A stretch of DNA of 32,000 nt from Candidatus Avelusimicrobium luingense (GCA_900315845.1 OOHK01000001.1:262791-294790), one strand, 5' to 3'; counted from the stretch's first letter, positions 8,143-17,063 are shown. Notes: generated by a model from the sequence alone, not told the origin. Numbers and translations: made by a program.

Positions 8143-10026
8143 TTACGCGCCGATTTTTACTGCGCCGAATTTACATGTAGATTTGCAACTACCGCATTTG
8201 ATACATTTTTTCGGATCAACCACATGCGGTTTGCCTACTGCCCCGGAAATGGCTTGTACCGGGCAGGCGCGTTTGCACATGCCGCAACCTTTACATTTGG
8301 CGGGGTCAATTTCGTACTTGGCAAGCGCTTTACATACGCCGGCGGGGCAGCGTTTTTCTACCACGTGGGCGAGATATTCATCCTTAAAGTATTTCAAGGT
8401 AGAGAGCACCGGGTTGGGGGCCGTTTTACCTAAAGCGCACAGCGAAGATTTTTGTACGGCTTTGGCTAAATCTTCCAACGTTTCCAAGGTTTTCATCGTA
8501 CCGCGGCCTTCGCAAATGTCGGTAAGTAAGGATAACATTTGGTCGGTTCCTTCGCGGCAAGGCACGCATTTTCCGCACGATTCGCGTTTGGTAAATTCCA
8601 AGAAGAAGCGGGCCACGTTGACCATACAGGTTTTTTCGTTCATAACCACGAGTCCGCCCGAACCGATCATCGCACCGGCTGATTTTAACGAATCAAAATC
8701 AAGCGGTACATCATAATGTTCTTTGGTCAAGCATCCGCCAGAAGGACCGCCGATTTGGGCGGCTTTGAATGCTTCGGGATTGACGGTACCGTCGCTGTTG
8801 GTCGTACCGCCGGCCACGTCGTTAATTACTTGGCGCAAGGTCGTACCCATAGGCACTTCCACGAGCCCCGTATTGGCGATGTGTCCCGTTACAGCAAACG
8901 TTTTGGTACCCGGGCTGGTCGGCGTACCGATCTTGGCAAATTTTTCGGCACCCATTTCAAACACTTTGGCTACGGTAGCCAACGTTTCTACGTTGTTAAT
9001 AACGGTGGGTTTACCGAAAAGACCACTGTGGGCCGGGAACGGCGGTTTAACTTTAGGCATACCGCGTTTCCCTTCTACAGAAGCGATTAAAGCGGTTTCT
9101 TCCCCACAGACAAACGCTCCCGCGCCTTCCATGACGTTAATTTTGAAATTCTTGCCGGAACCGAAGATGTTTTCACCTAAAATACCCAATGCTTCGGCTT
9201 CTTCAATGGCTTTGCGCACCCGTTTAATGGCGAGCGGATATTCCATACGAACATAGATGTATCCTTCATCCGCCCCGATAGCGCGCGCGGCAATCATCAT
9301 ACCTTCCAAAACGGCGTTGGGGTTACCTTCCATAACGGAGCGGTCCATAAAGGCACCCGGGTCCCCTTCGTCAGCGTTGCAGATAACGTATTTTTTGCCT
9401 TCCGGTTCAATGCGGGCAAATTCCCATTTTTTACCGGTAGGGAAACCACCGCCGCCGCGTCCGCGAAGACCCGATTTAATCATTTCTTGGCAGACTTGTT
9501 CGGGGGTCATTTCCAAATAGACGCGTTTGGCTTGAGCATAACCGCCGTGAGCGATATATTCATTGATATCTTCGGGGTTGATGCGTCCGCAATCGGCGAG
9601 CAAAATGCGTTGTTGTTTAGCATAAAACGGAATTTCGGCTACGGTTTTGGACTTTTGGTTATTGGCCGGATTGTGATATAACAAGCGGTCAATGACTTCG
9701 CCTTTGAGCAAGGTTTTTTCAATAATTTCCGGAACGTCGGCTGCTTTTACTTTGGTGTAGAAAATATCGCCCACGCTCACGAGCGGCCCTTGTGCACAGA
9801 AACCGCGGCAACCGCTTAAACTTAAATAGTTTTCACGGCAACCTTTGGAAACTTCTACACTGCACGCGATACCGCGTTTTTCCATTTCCGTTTGGAACGC
9901 CTTATATACATCCAGCGAACCGCCGGCAATACAACCGGTACCGCCGCAAATGACGATACGGTTTTTAATATTTTTATAGGCATCATTAAAATCTTTTGCG
10001 ATTTTTTCAATATCTTTCGTTGCCAT
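8143..10026 (-). CDS. hydB: NuoF-like flavoprotein subunit of [FeFe] hydrogenase (HydB)
   Basis: 627 aa. N-terminal thioredoxin-like Fe-S domain, NADH/FMN region GRGGGGFPTGKKW, C-terminal 2x[4Fe-4S] motifs (CKGCGMCKRACP, CIKCGSCKSTC). Confidence 0.93.
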   Translation of the reverse strand: MATKDIEKIAKDFNDAYKNIKNRIVICGGTGCIAGGSLDVYKAFQTEMEKRGIACSVEVSKGCRENYLSLSGCRGFCAQGPLVSVGDIFYTKVKAADVPEIIEKTLLKGEVIDRLLYHNPANNQKSKTVAEIPFYAKQQRILLADCGRINPEDINEYIAHGGYAQAKRVYLEMTPEQVCQEMIKSGLRGRGGGGFPTGKKWEFARIEPEGKKYVICNADEGDPGAFMDRSVMEGNPNAVLEGMMIAARAIGADEGYIYVRMEYPLAIKRVRKAIEEAEALGILGENIFGSGKNFKINVMEGAGAFVCGEETALIASVEGKRGMPKVKPPFPAHSGLFGKPTVINNVETLATVAKVFEMGAEKFAKIGTPTSPGTKTFAVTGHIANTGLVEVPMGTTLRQVINDVAGGTTNSDGTVNPEAFKAAQIGGPSGGCLTKEHYDVPLDFDSLKSAGAMIGSGGLVVMNEKTCMVNVARFFLEFTKRESCGKCVPCREGTDQMLSLLTDICEGRGTMKTLETLEDLAKAVQKSSLCALGKTAPNPVLSTLKYFKDEYLAHVVEKRCPAGVCKALAKYEIDPAKCKGCGMCKRACPVQAISGAVGKPHVVDPKKCIKCGSCKSTCKFGAVKIGA

Positions 10027-10028
10027 AC

Positions 10029-10505
10029 TTATTTGGCCTCCGCTTTGAGGACTTCGTCAATGAGTTCTTCGGCTTTGGCCGGAGTCACTTGACCGTGGAC
10101 AACTTCGTCCACCACCATTACCGGGGCCAACCCGCACGCCCCTAAACAGGAAACGCATTCCAATGTAAAAAGTAAATCTTCGGTCGTTTCTTGTCCGTCT
10201 TTAAGTTTAAGTTTCTTTTTGACAGCGTCAATAATGCCGGCCGAACCTTTTACGTGGCAAGCCGTCCCGTTGCAAACGCGGATAATGTGTTTGCCTTTGG
10301 GGGTAATAGCGAAATGGGCAAAAAACGTCGCCACGCCAAATACTTTAGCGGGCGAAATTTTGAGTTCGTTAGCAATATAACGCATGATATCTTCCGGAAG
10401 GAAGTGGTAGGCATCTTGCACTTTTTGCAAGATGGGAATTAACTTGGCGCTATCGTAATTATTTTCTTTTAAGATTTGCGCCGCGGGTGCGAATCTATCT
10501 GACAT
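10029..10505 (-). CDS. hydC: NuoE-like [2Fe-2S] subunit of [FeFe] hydrogenase (HydC)
   Basis: 158 aa. CNGTACHVKG ... CVSCLGACGLAP Cys pattern of the NuoE/HydC family. AGGAGA SD. Its stop lies 2 nt before the hydB start. Confidence 0.9.
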   Translation of the reverse strand: MSDRFAPAAQILKENNYDSAKLIPILQKVQDAYHFLPEDIMRYIANELKISPAKVFGVATFFAHFAITPKGKHIIRVCNGTACHVKGSAGIIDAVKKKLKLKDGQETTEDLLFTLECVSCLGACGLAPVMVVDEVVHGQVTPAKAEELIDEVLKAEAK

Positions 10506-10552
10506 AAGTTCTCCTATAGAAGTTTACTACAAAAACAAATCGTTAGTTCATT

Positions 10553-10571
10553 AAGACGGAAAAACCGTCTT
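10553..10571. terminator. short hairpin between the membrane-protein gene and hydC (weak terminator or RNA-stability element)
   Basis: Stem aagacgg / ccgtctt with a 5-nt A loop. The T-run follows only on the plus strand. Confidence 0.3.
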
Positions 10572-10577
10572 TTCTTA

Positions 10578-11642
10578 TTATAGCAAAATACACAGGGCAA
10601 TAAAATAGCCCCCCATAAGCAGTAATCCGGTCGGTACGGCTACACGCGCCCATTCACGGCTTTTGATACCCAGTTTTTCAGCCGCTACAATGTTGGGCAA
10701 ATTACCCTGCACGAGCATACTGCCAAAGGCCGCCAATCCGATAACCATATACGTTAAATCGGTCGGGGAAATGGTAGGCACAATTTCAATTGCGGCAAGC
10801 GTAGCGTTATCAATGATAACCGACACCGCATTGGCAAAAAACAGTATTTTCCCGCCGAGATGGGCTATCGTACTTTGGGCCAGCGGCCGCAAGCCCGTGC
10901 TAATTAAATGCAACGCCGCCACGAACATATAAATATGCCAAGTACGACGTAAAACGGAACTGTATGTTTCTTTATCTTCCCGGATATACATTTGCAACCC
11001 CGTGCCGGCATGACGCGCAGTATATCCGGCGGCTATCGCCAATACGGCCACCCCGGGTAATATCCAACCGGCAAAATGGCGTAAGGCAAAAAAGAAATCG
11101 GCATTATAAGGTGGTTCGGAAAGCGCCTGTTTCATCACAAGGCCCATCGGTTCGGCCAGTGGGGTGAGTACGGCGCCTAACCCAATGGCATAGCAGGCAA
11201 AAACCGTAATAAAAACCGTTTGGCGGTGCTCCAAATTAACCACTTTTAACACTTCGGCCAACACGAGCGCCGACACCGTCACGCTTACTAAAGACGACGA
11301 CAAACCCAACACAAAAATCAGTAATGCAAAACTATAGCGCGGCTCCAAGGCCTTAAAAAAGGTAAATAATACGCGAAAAATATAGCGTGAGTAATTATTA
11401 AAAATCACACTGACAACTAATACAATAAAGGCTACATTGACCGGATATTTTAAGGTTTCGTAGAGAAAATCAACACTCCACCCCCCACTGACGGTAACGG
11501 CCGTTGCCCCTACGCTAAGTAAAAAAATTTCCAAGTGGCTTTCTACCCATCTTGACGTAAGCGGCCAAACGAGCAAATTTATGACGATAATTCCTAACAA
11601 TATATTTACCCACAATGGGGTTTGTGCAACTACAGTTTCCAT
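10578..11642 (-). CDS. polytopic integral membrane protein, transporter-like (possibly DUF1646-type putative cation transporter)
   Basis: 354 aa with about 10 hydrophobic segments and no soluble domain. The family assignment is from memory of length and composition only. Confidence 0.6.
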   Translation of the reverse strand: METVVAQTPLWVNILLGIIVINLLVWPLTSRWVESHLEIFLLSVGATAVTVSGGWSVDFLYETLKYPVNVAFIVLVVSVIFNNYSRYIFRVLFTFFKALEPRYSFALLIFVLGLSSSLVSVTVSALVLAEVLKVVNLEHRQTVFITVFACYAIGLGAVLTPLAEPMGLVMKQALSEPPYNADFFFALRHFAGWILPGVAVLAIAAGYTARHAGTGLQMYIREDKETYSSVLRRTWHIYMFVAALHLISTGLRPLAQSTIAHLGGKILFFANAVSVIIDNATLAAIEIVPTISPTDLTYMVIGLAAFGSMLVQGNLPNIVAAEKLGIKSREWARVAVPTGLLLMGGYFIALCILL

Positions 11643-11749
11643 AGATATATTTTACTAAATTGACGGAAATAACGCAGAAAAACACATAAATTTAGTACAA
11701 TAAAAAGGTAGAAAAAATCTATTGCAAATTACAAAGGAGAAAAATCAGC

Positions 11750-12403
11750 ATGAAAAAAATTATTGCTTTATTTGCGGTATGTGGTTTAGCCGCTGTTGCC
11801 GCGTATGCCGATGATTGCGGATGCGCCTCGATGGACGTTACCTGTGTAAACAACTGCACGTTGTCTAAAATTAGCAACTTGCGCAAAAATGTTCAAGCAC
11901 AAAAAGCGGCCGCAGCCAAAAAAGTAAAAGCCGTTAAAGCCCAACAACAAGCCGCTCAAAACAATTCTGCGGTAGAAGACGTTAAAGCCCAAGCCAAGGC
12001 TAAAAAAGAAGAATTAAAAGCCAACGCTCAAGCCCGCAAAGAAGAGGCCAAACAACAAGCCGCGGCCAGAAAAGCCCAAGCCGAACAAGCCAAAGCCGAC
12101 GCTAAAGCCCAAGCCAAACAAGCCAAGGCCGATGCTAAAGCCAAAGCCGAACAAGCCAAGGCTGAAGCTAAAGCCCAAAAAGAACAAGCCAAAGCCCAAG
12201 CCAAAGCACAAAAAGCAGCCGCTAAGGCTCAAGCCGAACAAGCCAAAGCCGACGCTAAAGCCAAAAAGGCCGAAGTAAAAAACAACGTCAAAAACGCTAA
12301 AGCCGATGTAAAAGCCAAAAAAGCGGAAGTCAAACAAACCGCCAAAGATGCTAAACAAGCGTTCAAAGACGAACAAAAAGCGTGGAAAGAATTAGCCAAA
12401 TAA
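11750..12403 (+). CDS. secreted low-complexity Ala/Lys/Gln-rich repeat protein
   Basis: 217 aa. Signal peptide MKKIIALFAVCGLAAVAAYA, Cys cluster DDCGCASMDVTCVNNC, then about 150 aa of AKA(D/E/Q)AKA(Q/K)A(E/K)Q 11-mers. AAGGAG SD. Confidence 0.8.
   Translation: MKKIIALFAVCGLAAVAAYADDCGCASMDVTCVNNCTLSKISNLRKNVQAQKAAAAKKVKAVKAQQQAAQNNSAVEDVKAQAKAKKEELKANAQARKEEAKQQAAARKAQAEQAKADAKAQAKQAKADAKAKAEQAKAEAKAQKEQAKAQAKAQKAAAKAQAEQAKADAKAKKAEVKNNVKNAKADVKAKKAEVKQTAKDAKQAFKDEQKAWKELAK
12068..12290 (+). repeat. 33-bp (11-codon) periodic tandem repeat inside the CDS
   Basis: Recurrent gccaaagccgacgctaaagcc(c/a)a units. Protein register: AEQAKADAKAQ / AKQAKADAKAK / AEQAKAEAKAQ / KEQAKAQAKAQ. Confidence 0.75.
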
Positions 12404-12422
12404 GTTAATTCAAATTCACTTT

Positions 12423-12454
12423 AAAAAACCCCCGGCCGCAAGCCGGGGGTTTTT
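12423..12454. terminator. bidirectional rho-independent terminator
   Basis: A6 - cccccggc / gccggggg stem - T5, between convergent genes. Confidence 0.85.
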
Positions 12455-12471
12455 ATTGTAAGAAGTATGAC

Positions 12472-13578
12472 TTATAAGTCTTTTTGATACACACGGTAGC
12501 GTTTATACAGGTGGCAACCGCATTCTTCTATGCCGCGAATCATCCCGGCGTTATCTTCTAACACCCACGAAAGTTCGGCCGCGTTCCATACGGCTACCCC
12601 GTGGGTAACGATATGCTTAATTAAAATTAAATCAAGACCGCGTTTTCTAAATTCCGGCATCACACCCAGCATAATCAGCCGCGCATCCTTAATATGTTTC
12701 CACGCCCACAAGGCTTTTAACACGCGCCACGGATTTTTCAAACTTCCGCGCAAAATTTTAAGCACGTGATTCATATTGGGAATACAAATATAAAAGCCGG
12801 CCGGAACACCGTTTTCTTCAATAACGCAAGTGCCTTCTATGCGGATAATGGGTTTTAATTCTTTGACGATATCGGCCATCCCTTGTTTGGTTAACGGCAC
12901 AAATCCCCAATTTTCGGCCCATGCGGCATTGTAAATCTTGCGGATGATTTCGGCTTCTTCGTCAATGTTTTTCAAATTCAAACGGCGCAGCGTAATGCCT
13001 TTGGCGCGTTCACACCGGGCACACACTTTCAAAAACCGCTCGGAAAAGACATCGTCTTTGGTGCGGTAAAACGCCAACAAATCTTTTACTTTTGTTAAAC
13101 CGGCCTTTTCTATTAAACCCGCGTAATAGGCAAAATTGTACGGCATCATAATGGCGGGCATACTGTCAAAACTATCTACGAGCAGTCCGTAGACGTGATT
13201 GCTGGACGGATTAGCCGGGCCGCGCATTTTTTCTACGCCTTGTTTTTTGAGCCAACCTTGTGCGGCTTGAAATAAAGCAGAAGAAACTTTCTCATCGTTA
13301 ATTGAGTCAAAAAATCCGAAGAATCCGATATTTTCTTTATGATATTCGTTGTGCGCACGATTGACAAGCGCCATAATGCGCCCGACGGGTTTTTCCCCCT
13401 CATACGCCATAAAAAGCGCGCGCGAAGCAGACGCCCAAAATGGGTTTTTTTCATCCAATAAATGCCGGGTATCGGCTTTTAATTCCCCCACCCAATACGG
13501 ATTATCTTTATATAAGGTAAAGGGGAACTCAATAAAGGCGTTTAATTCTGCCGGGGAAGAAATTTCTTTAATCTGCAT
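12472..13578 (-). CDS. GNAT-fold N-acyltransferase-like protein (two-lobed, 368 aa)
   Basis: The C-terminal lobe has GNAT motif-A-like LGVMPEFRKRGLDLILI. The N-terminal lobe is MQIKEISSPAELNAFIEFPFTLYKDNPYWV. No closer family call is possible by eye. Confidence 0.65.
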   Translation of the reverse strand: MQIKEISSPAELNAFIEFPFTLYKDNPYWVGELKADTRHLLDEKNPFWASASRALFMAYEGEKPVGRIMALVNRAHNEYHKENIGFFGFFDSINDEKVSSALFQAAQGWLKKQGVEKMRGPANPSSNHVYGLLVDSFDSMPAIMMPYNFAYYAGLIEKAGLTKVKDLLAFYRTKDDVFSERFLKVCARCERAKGITLRRLNLKNIDEEAEIIRKIYNAAWAENWGFVPLTKQGMADIVKELKPIIRIEGTCVIEENGVPAGFYICIPNMNHVLKILRGSLKNPWRVLKALWAWKHIKDARLIMLGVMPEFRKRGLDLILIKHIVTHGVAVWNAAELSWVLEDNAGMIRGIEECGCHLYKRYRVYQKDL

Positions 13579-13591
13579 AATTTTCGTAAAG

Positions 13592-13617
13592 AAAAACCCC
13601 GCACAAGGCGGGGTTTT
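13592..13617 (-). terminator. intra-cluster hairpin (terminator/attenuator) between the SPT-like and GNAT-like genes
   Basis: ccccgc / gcgggg stem with a 5-nt loop, flanked by an A-run and a T-run. It lies about 12 nt upstream of the GNAT-like ATG. Confidence 0.55.
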
Positions 13618-13628
13618 GACAATCTATA

Positions 13629-14819
13629 TTATTTAATAATACCAATCGCGCGGCCCGCTTGTGCAAAAGCGTCCACGATTTTTTGGACATGTTCATCCGT
13701 ATGTGTCGCCATCAAGGTCAAACGCATCAGTGCGTGTCCGGGCGGCACCGCGGGACTAATGACCGGGTTAGCGAAAATGCCCAGTTCATGCAACGCACGC
13801 CACATCTTAAAGCAGTTTTCATTACTACCGACGTGGACGGGCAAAATCGGCGTAGTGCTGGTGCCCAAATCGTAGCCCAAATCTTCCAGGCCTTTTTTGA
13901 GTTTCGCCGTCAAACGGAACAGATTATCGCGCCGTGACGTATCGTTTTCAATCAGTTCCAACGCTTTTGTAATAGAAGCAATACAAGACGGCGGCATAGA
14001 AGCCGAGAAAATCTGACTGCGTGCGTTGTGACGCATATAGTGGATAACATCTTCATCGCCCACCACAAATCCGCCGACCGTAGCAAACGTTTTAGAGCAG
14101 GTACCGACGATTAAATCTACTTCACCGTTTTCCAAACCGAAATACTCGCACGTACCGCGCCCCGTTTTACCGATAATACCCGTAGCATGCGCGTCATCTA
14201 CCATAATACGCGCACCGTATTTTTTACCGATTTTAACAATATCGGGTAGCGGGCAAATATCCCCTTCCATACTAAACACGCCATCTATAATAATCAGTTT
14301 TCCGGCATCGGCGGGGATTTTAGCCAACACACGTTCCAAATCGGCCATATCGTTGTGCTTAAAGCGAACCATTTCGCCTTCGGACATTTTAACACCGTCC
14401 AAAATGCTGGCATGGTCTAATTTATCCACAATAGCATAGTCACCTTTTTTCATTAAGCACGACACGACACCTAAATTCATTTGATAACCTGTGGCGAATA
14501 AAAGTCCGGCTTGTTTGCGTTTGAATTGGGCTAATTTTTTCTCTAAATTATCGGCGAGTTTTGTGTTTCCGTTGAGTAAGCGAGATCCGGCCACACCGGT
14601 ACCGTATTTCTGCACCGCTTCCACAGCGGCTTTTTTCATCTCGGGGTCATTGGCTAAACCCAAATAGTTGTTAGAACCTGCCATGATATAGGTTTTGCCG
14701 TCTAAAATTACTTCCGGTCCTTGGGCCGATTCAATCGGTTGGAAATAGCCGTAAATGCCCATACGCATCGCAATTTTGGCGTCTTTGTAATTTCTGCACT
14801 TCTCAAAAATATCAGCCAT
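13629..14819 (-). CDS. PLP-dependent alpha-oxoamine synthase, serine palmitoyltransferase-like
   Basis: AOS-family motifs GSNNYLGL, GSRLLNGN, DHASILDG, DDAHATG and the PLP-lysine GTCSKTF. VRFKHNDMADLERVL, FSASMPPS and the C-terminal FAQAGRAIGIIK resemble my recollection of Sphingomonas SPT more than BioF or Kbl. I chose ATG 14819 (GAGAGGA SD 8 nt upstream); the tracked alternative is 14843. Confidence 0.85.
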   Translation of the reverse strand: MADIFEKCRNYKDAKIAMRMGIYGYFQPIESAQGPEVILDGKTYIMAGSNNYLGLANDPEMKKAAVEAVQKYGTGVAGSRLLNGNTKLADNLEKKLAQFKRKQAGLLFATGYQMNLGVVSCLMKKGDYAIVDKLDHASILDGVKMSEGEMVRFKHNDMADLERVLAKIPADAGKLIIIDGVFSMEGDICPLPDIVKIGKKYGARIMVDDAHATGIIGKTGRGTCEYFGLENGEVDLIVGTCSKTFATVGGFVVGDEDVIHYMRHNARSQIFSASMPPSCIASITKALELIENDTSRRDNLFRLTAKLKKGLEDLGYDLGTSTTPILPVHVGSNENCFKMWRALHELGIFANPVISPAVPPGHALMRLTLMATHTDEHVQKIVDAFAQAGRAIGIIK

Positions 14820-14851
14820 ACTGGTTATCCTCTCACAACGCATAAACTATG

Positions 14852-15316
14852 CTACTTGCTTACTTTTTTAATAATGTTTGTAGTAGAACGTCCTTTTAAC
14901 AAGGCAAAACGCACTACTTTTTTTGCAAATTCACGGCCGACAATTTCACTCGGCTTGTAATCTCCGCCCTTGACGAGCACGTCCGGGCAGACATTTTTAA
15001 TTAAATTATACGGCGTATCTTCGTCAAAAATACATACCGCACTCACGCTTTCCAAGGCGGCTAACACCAAGGCTCGGTCACTTTGCGTATTGACGGGACG
15101 AGTCGGGCCTTTCAAGCGGCGCACGGATGCATCACTGTTAAGCCCCACAATCAGCGCGTCGCCTTTGCTGCGCGCAAACTCTAATACGCTGACATGTCCG
15201 GCATGTAAAATATCAAAACAACCGTTAGTAAAAACGATTTTTTGCCCTTTTTTACGGGCATTTTCTACCCACGTTTTTAACTGACGCGGCCCTAAAATTT
15301 TACTTTTTGCTTTCAT
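14852..15316 (-). CDS. hldC: D-glycero-beta-D-manno-heptose-1-phosphate adenylyltransferase (RfaE domain II / HldC-like cytidylyltransferase fold)
   Basis: [34 protein letters not shown] nucleotidyltransferase HxGH motif. I chose ATG 15316 (overlaps accC by 17 nt); the tracked 15337 start is a TTG. Confidence 0.85.
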   Translation of the reverse strand: MKAKSKILGPRQLKTWVENARKKGQKIVFTNGCFDILHAGHVSVLEFARSKGDALIVGLNSDASVRRLKGPTRPVNTQSDRALVLAALESVSAVCIFDEDTPYNLIKNVCPDVLVKGGDYKPSEIVGREFAKKVVRFALLKGRSTTNIIKKVSK

Positions 15317-16679
15317 CTTCTTTAAGCATCCGTTCAATAAATCCCGTATCGGTATTTCCGGTAATAAAATCGGGGTTATTTAAAATTTTCTGATGAAAGG
15401 GGATCGTCGTTTTTATACCGCTAACCGTAAATTCTTTCAAACACCGGCGGCTGCGCGCTAACGCGCGGGCGCGGTCGGGCGCGGTAACAATCAGTTTGGC
15501 AATCAAACTGTCGTAATACGTCGGGATTGCGTAGCCTGTATAAACGTGGCTATCCAAACGAACGCCTAATCCGCCGGGTAATGTCCATTGGCTAATCGTA
15601 CCGGGACAAGGAGCGAAATTGTGTTCGCTGTCTTCGGCATTAATGCGGTGTTCGATGGCGTGGCAGTTAATAACGCTGGCTTCTTTTTGGGTAAGCGGCA
15701 ACTTTTCACCTTGTGCCAGTTGAATTTGTAATTTGACAAGGTCTTGCCCACATACTTCTTCCGTTACCGGGTGCTCCACTTGCAAACGCGTATTAACTTC
15801 CATAAAATAAAATTCTTTCGTGGGTGCCATTAAAAATTCCACTGTTCCCACGCCGCGGTACGAGGCGGCTTTGACGAGTTTGCATGCGGCTTCTTGCAAT
15901 CTCACGCGTGTTTGTTCATCTACGAACGGTGAGGGCGATTCTTCCACGAGTTTTTGGTGGCGGCGTTGCAAACTGCAATCACGTTCGGCAAAGGCAACGA
16001 CGTTTCCATAATTATCGGCAGCCACTTGCACTTCAATATGGCGCGGATTCAAAACGAGTTTTTCAAAATACATCCGATCGTCGCCAAAGTTAGCACGCGC
16101 TTCGGCCTGCGCGGTTTTAAGCATACGGTCTAAATCTTCTTCTTTATAACACGCGCGCATACCTTTTCCGCCGCCGCCGAGCGCGGCTTTAATCATCAGC
16201 GGAAAACCGATTTTGCGCGCTACTTCTTTGTAATTTTTACCGACGACGCCATCAGATCCGGGTGTTACCGGCACGCCGGCTTTTACCGCCATGGCTCGCG
16301 CGGTGGCTTTTTCGCCCAAGTGGGCAATAGATGTAGCATCCGGCCCGATAAAGGTAAGCCCCGCAACAGCAACAGCGTTGGCAAATTCGGCATTTTCCGA
16401 TAAAAACCCATACCCCGGGTGAATTGCATCGGCGCCGGTAAGTTTCGCGGCCGTTAAAATAGCATCTATATTTAAGTAACTTTGCAACGACGGGGCGGCC
16501 CCAATGCAAACGGCTTCGTCGGCCAAACGCACATGCAAACTATTGCGGTCGGCTTGTGAATAAACAGCCACCGATTGGATATTCATTTCTTTTAAGGTGC
16601 GGATAATACGAAGGGCAATCTCGCCGCGGTTAGCGATAAGCACTTTTTGAAACGGAGTAATTTTCAAATCGCTCGCCAT
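15300..16679 (-). CDS. accC: acetyl-CoA carboxylase biotin carboxylase subunit
   Basis: 459 aa. ATP-grasp motifs GGGGKGMR and [15 protein letters not shown]. The ATG follows the upstream stop directly (TAAATG). Confidence 0.95.
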   Translation of the reverse strand: MASDLKITPFQKVLIANRGEIALRIIRTLKEMNIQSVAVYSQADRNSLHVRLADEAVCIGAAPSLQSYLNIDAILTAAKLTGADAIHPGYGFLSENAEFANAVAVAGLTFIGPDATSIAHLGEKATARAMAVKAGVPVTPGSDGVVGKNYKEVARKIGFPLMIKAALGGGGKGMRACYKEEDLDRMLKTAQAEARANFGDDRMYFEKLVLNPRHIEVQVAADNYGNVVAFAERDCSLQRRHQKLVEESPSPFVDEQTRVRLQEAACKLVKAASYRGVGTVEFLMAPTKEFYFMEVNTRLQVEHPVTEEVCGQDLVKLQIQLAQGEKLPLTQKEASVINCHAIEHRINAEDSEHNFAPCPGTISQWTLPGGLGVRLDSHVYTGYAIPTYYDSLIAKLIVTAPDRARALARSRRCLKEFTVSGIKTTIPFHQKILNNPDFITGNTDTGFIERMLKEDESKK

Positions 16680-17063
16680 TTATTTCTCCTGCGGCTCAAT
16701 AAAAAATAGCGGCAACCCAAACTCTACCACATTGCCTTCCTGCGCGGCTACTACACGTAATTTACCGGTAACGGGCGCCGTGATTTTATGTTTTTTAGAA
16801 AAAGTTTCCACAATACCTAACGGAGCACCTTTCTCAATGATTTGGCCTTCGGTAAGTGTAAGATTTTGGCCTTTTTCGGCGGCGTGATAAATGCCAACCG
16901 CCGGCGACGTTACCGCGCTAAGCGAGCAAGCAAATTGCGCCGGTTCGGGTAATGCTTCTTGCGTTTTAATTTCAATAGAATCGCCATTGTTTTCATAACA
17001 AAATTCGGCTAAATCGGTAGTTTTAAGCCAGTCGGTTACTTCTCTAATTAGTTTAGTATCCAT
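16680..17063 (-). CDS. accB: biotin carboxyl carrier protein-like protein with non-canonical biotinylation site
   Basis: 127 aa. The C-terminal biotinyl/lipoyl-type domain aligns with AccB (SPAVGIY..., ...VEFGLPLFFIE), but the E-A-M-K-M position reads E-T-F-S-K-K. AAGGAA SD. Confidence 0.8.
   Translation of the reverse strand: MDTKLIREVTDWLKTTDLAEFCYENNGDSIEIKTQEALPEPAQFACSLSAVTSPAVGIYHAAEKGQNLTLTEGQIIEKGAPLGIVETFSKKHKITAPVTGKLRVVAAQEGNVVEFGLPLFFIEPQEK

Noticed and set aside
8183-9681. Series of plus-strand ORFs (up to 177 aa) antisense to hydB, with similar ones antisense to hydA, valS, accC and nrdD
   Set aside because: These are antisense shadows of long, well-supported genes, with no motifs and no SDs.
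6392-10505. HydABC hydrogenase as a novel system
   Set aside because: The three subunits carry textbook motifs and the gene order hydC-hydB-hydA is standard for NuoE/NuoF-type [FeFe] hydrogenases. Nothing atypical was seen apart from the absence of hydEFG maturases in the window, which is common.
12014-12376. 120-aa ORF on the minus strand (F/G/L-rich) opposite the Ala/Lys/Gln repeat gene
   Set aside because: It is a mirror-image artefact of a low-complexity GCC/AAA repeat. It has no SD, while the plus-strand ORF has a signal peptide and SD.
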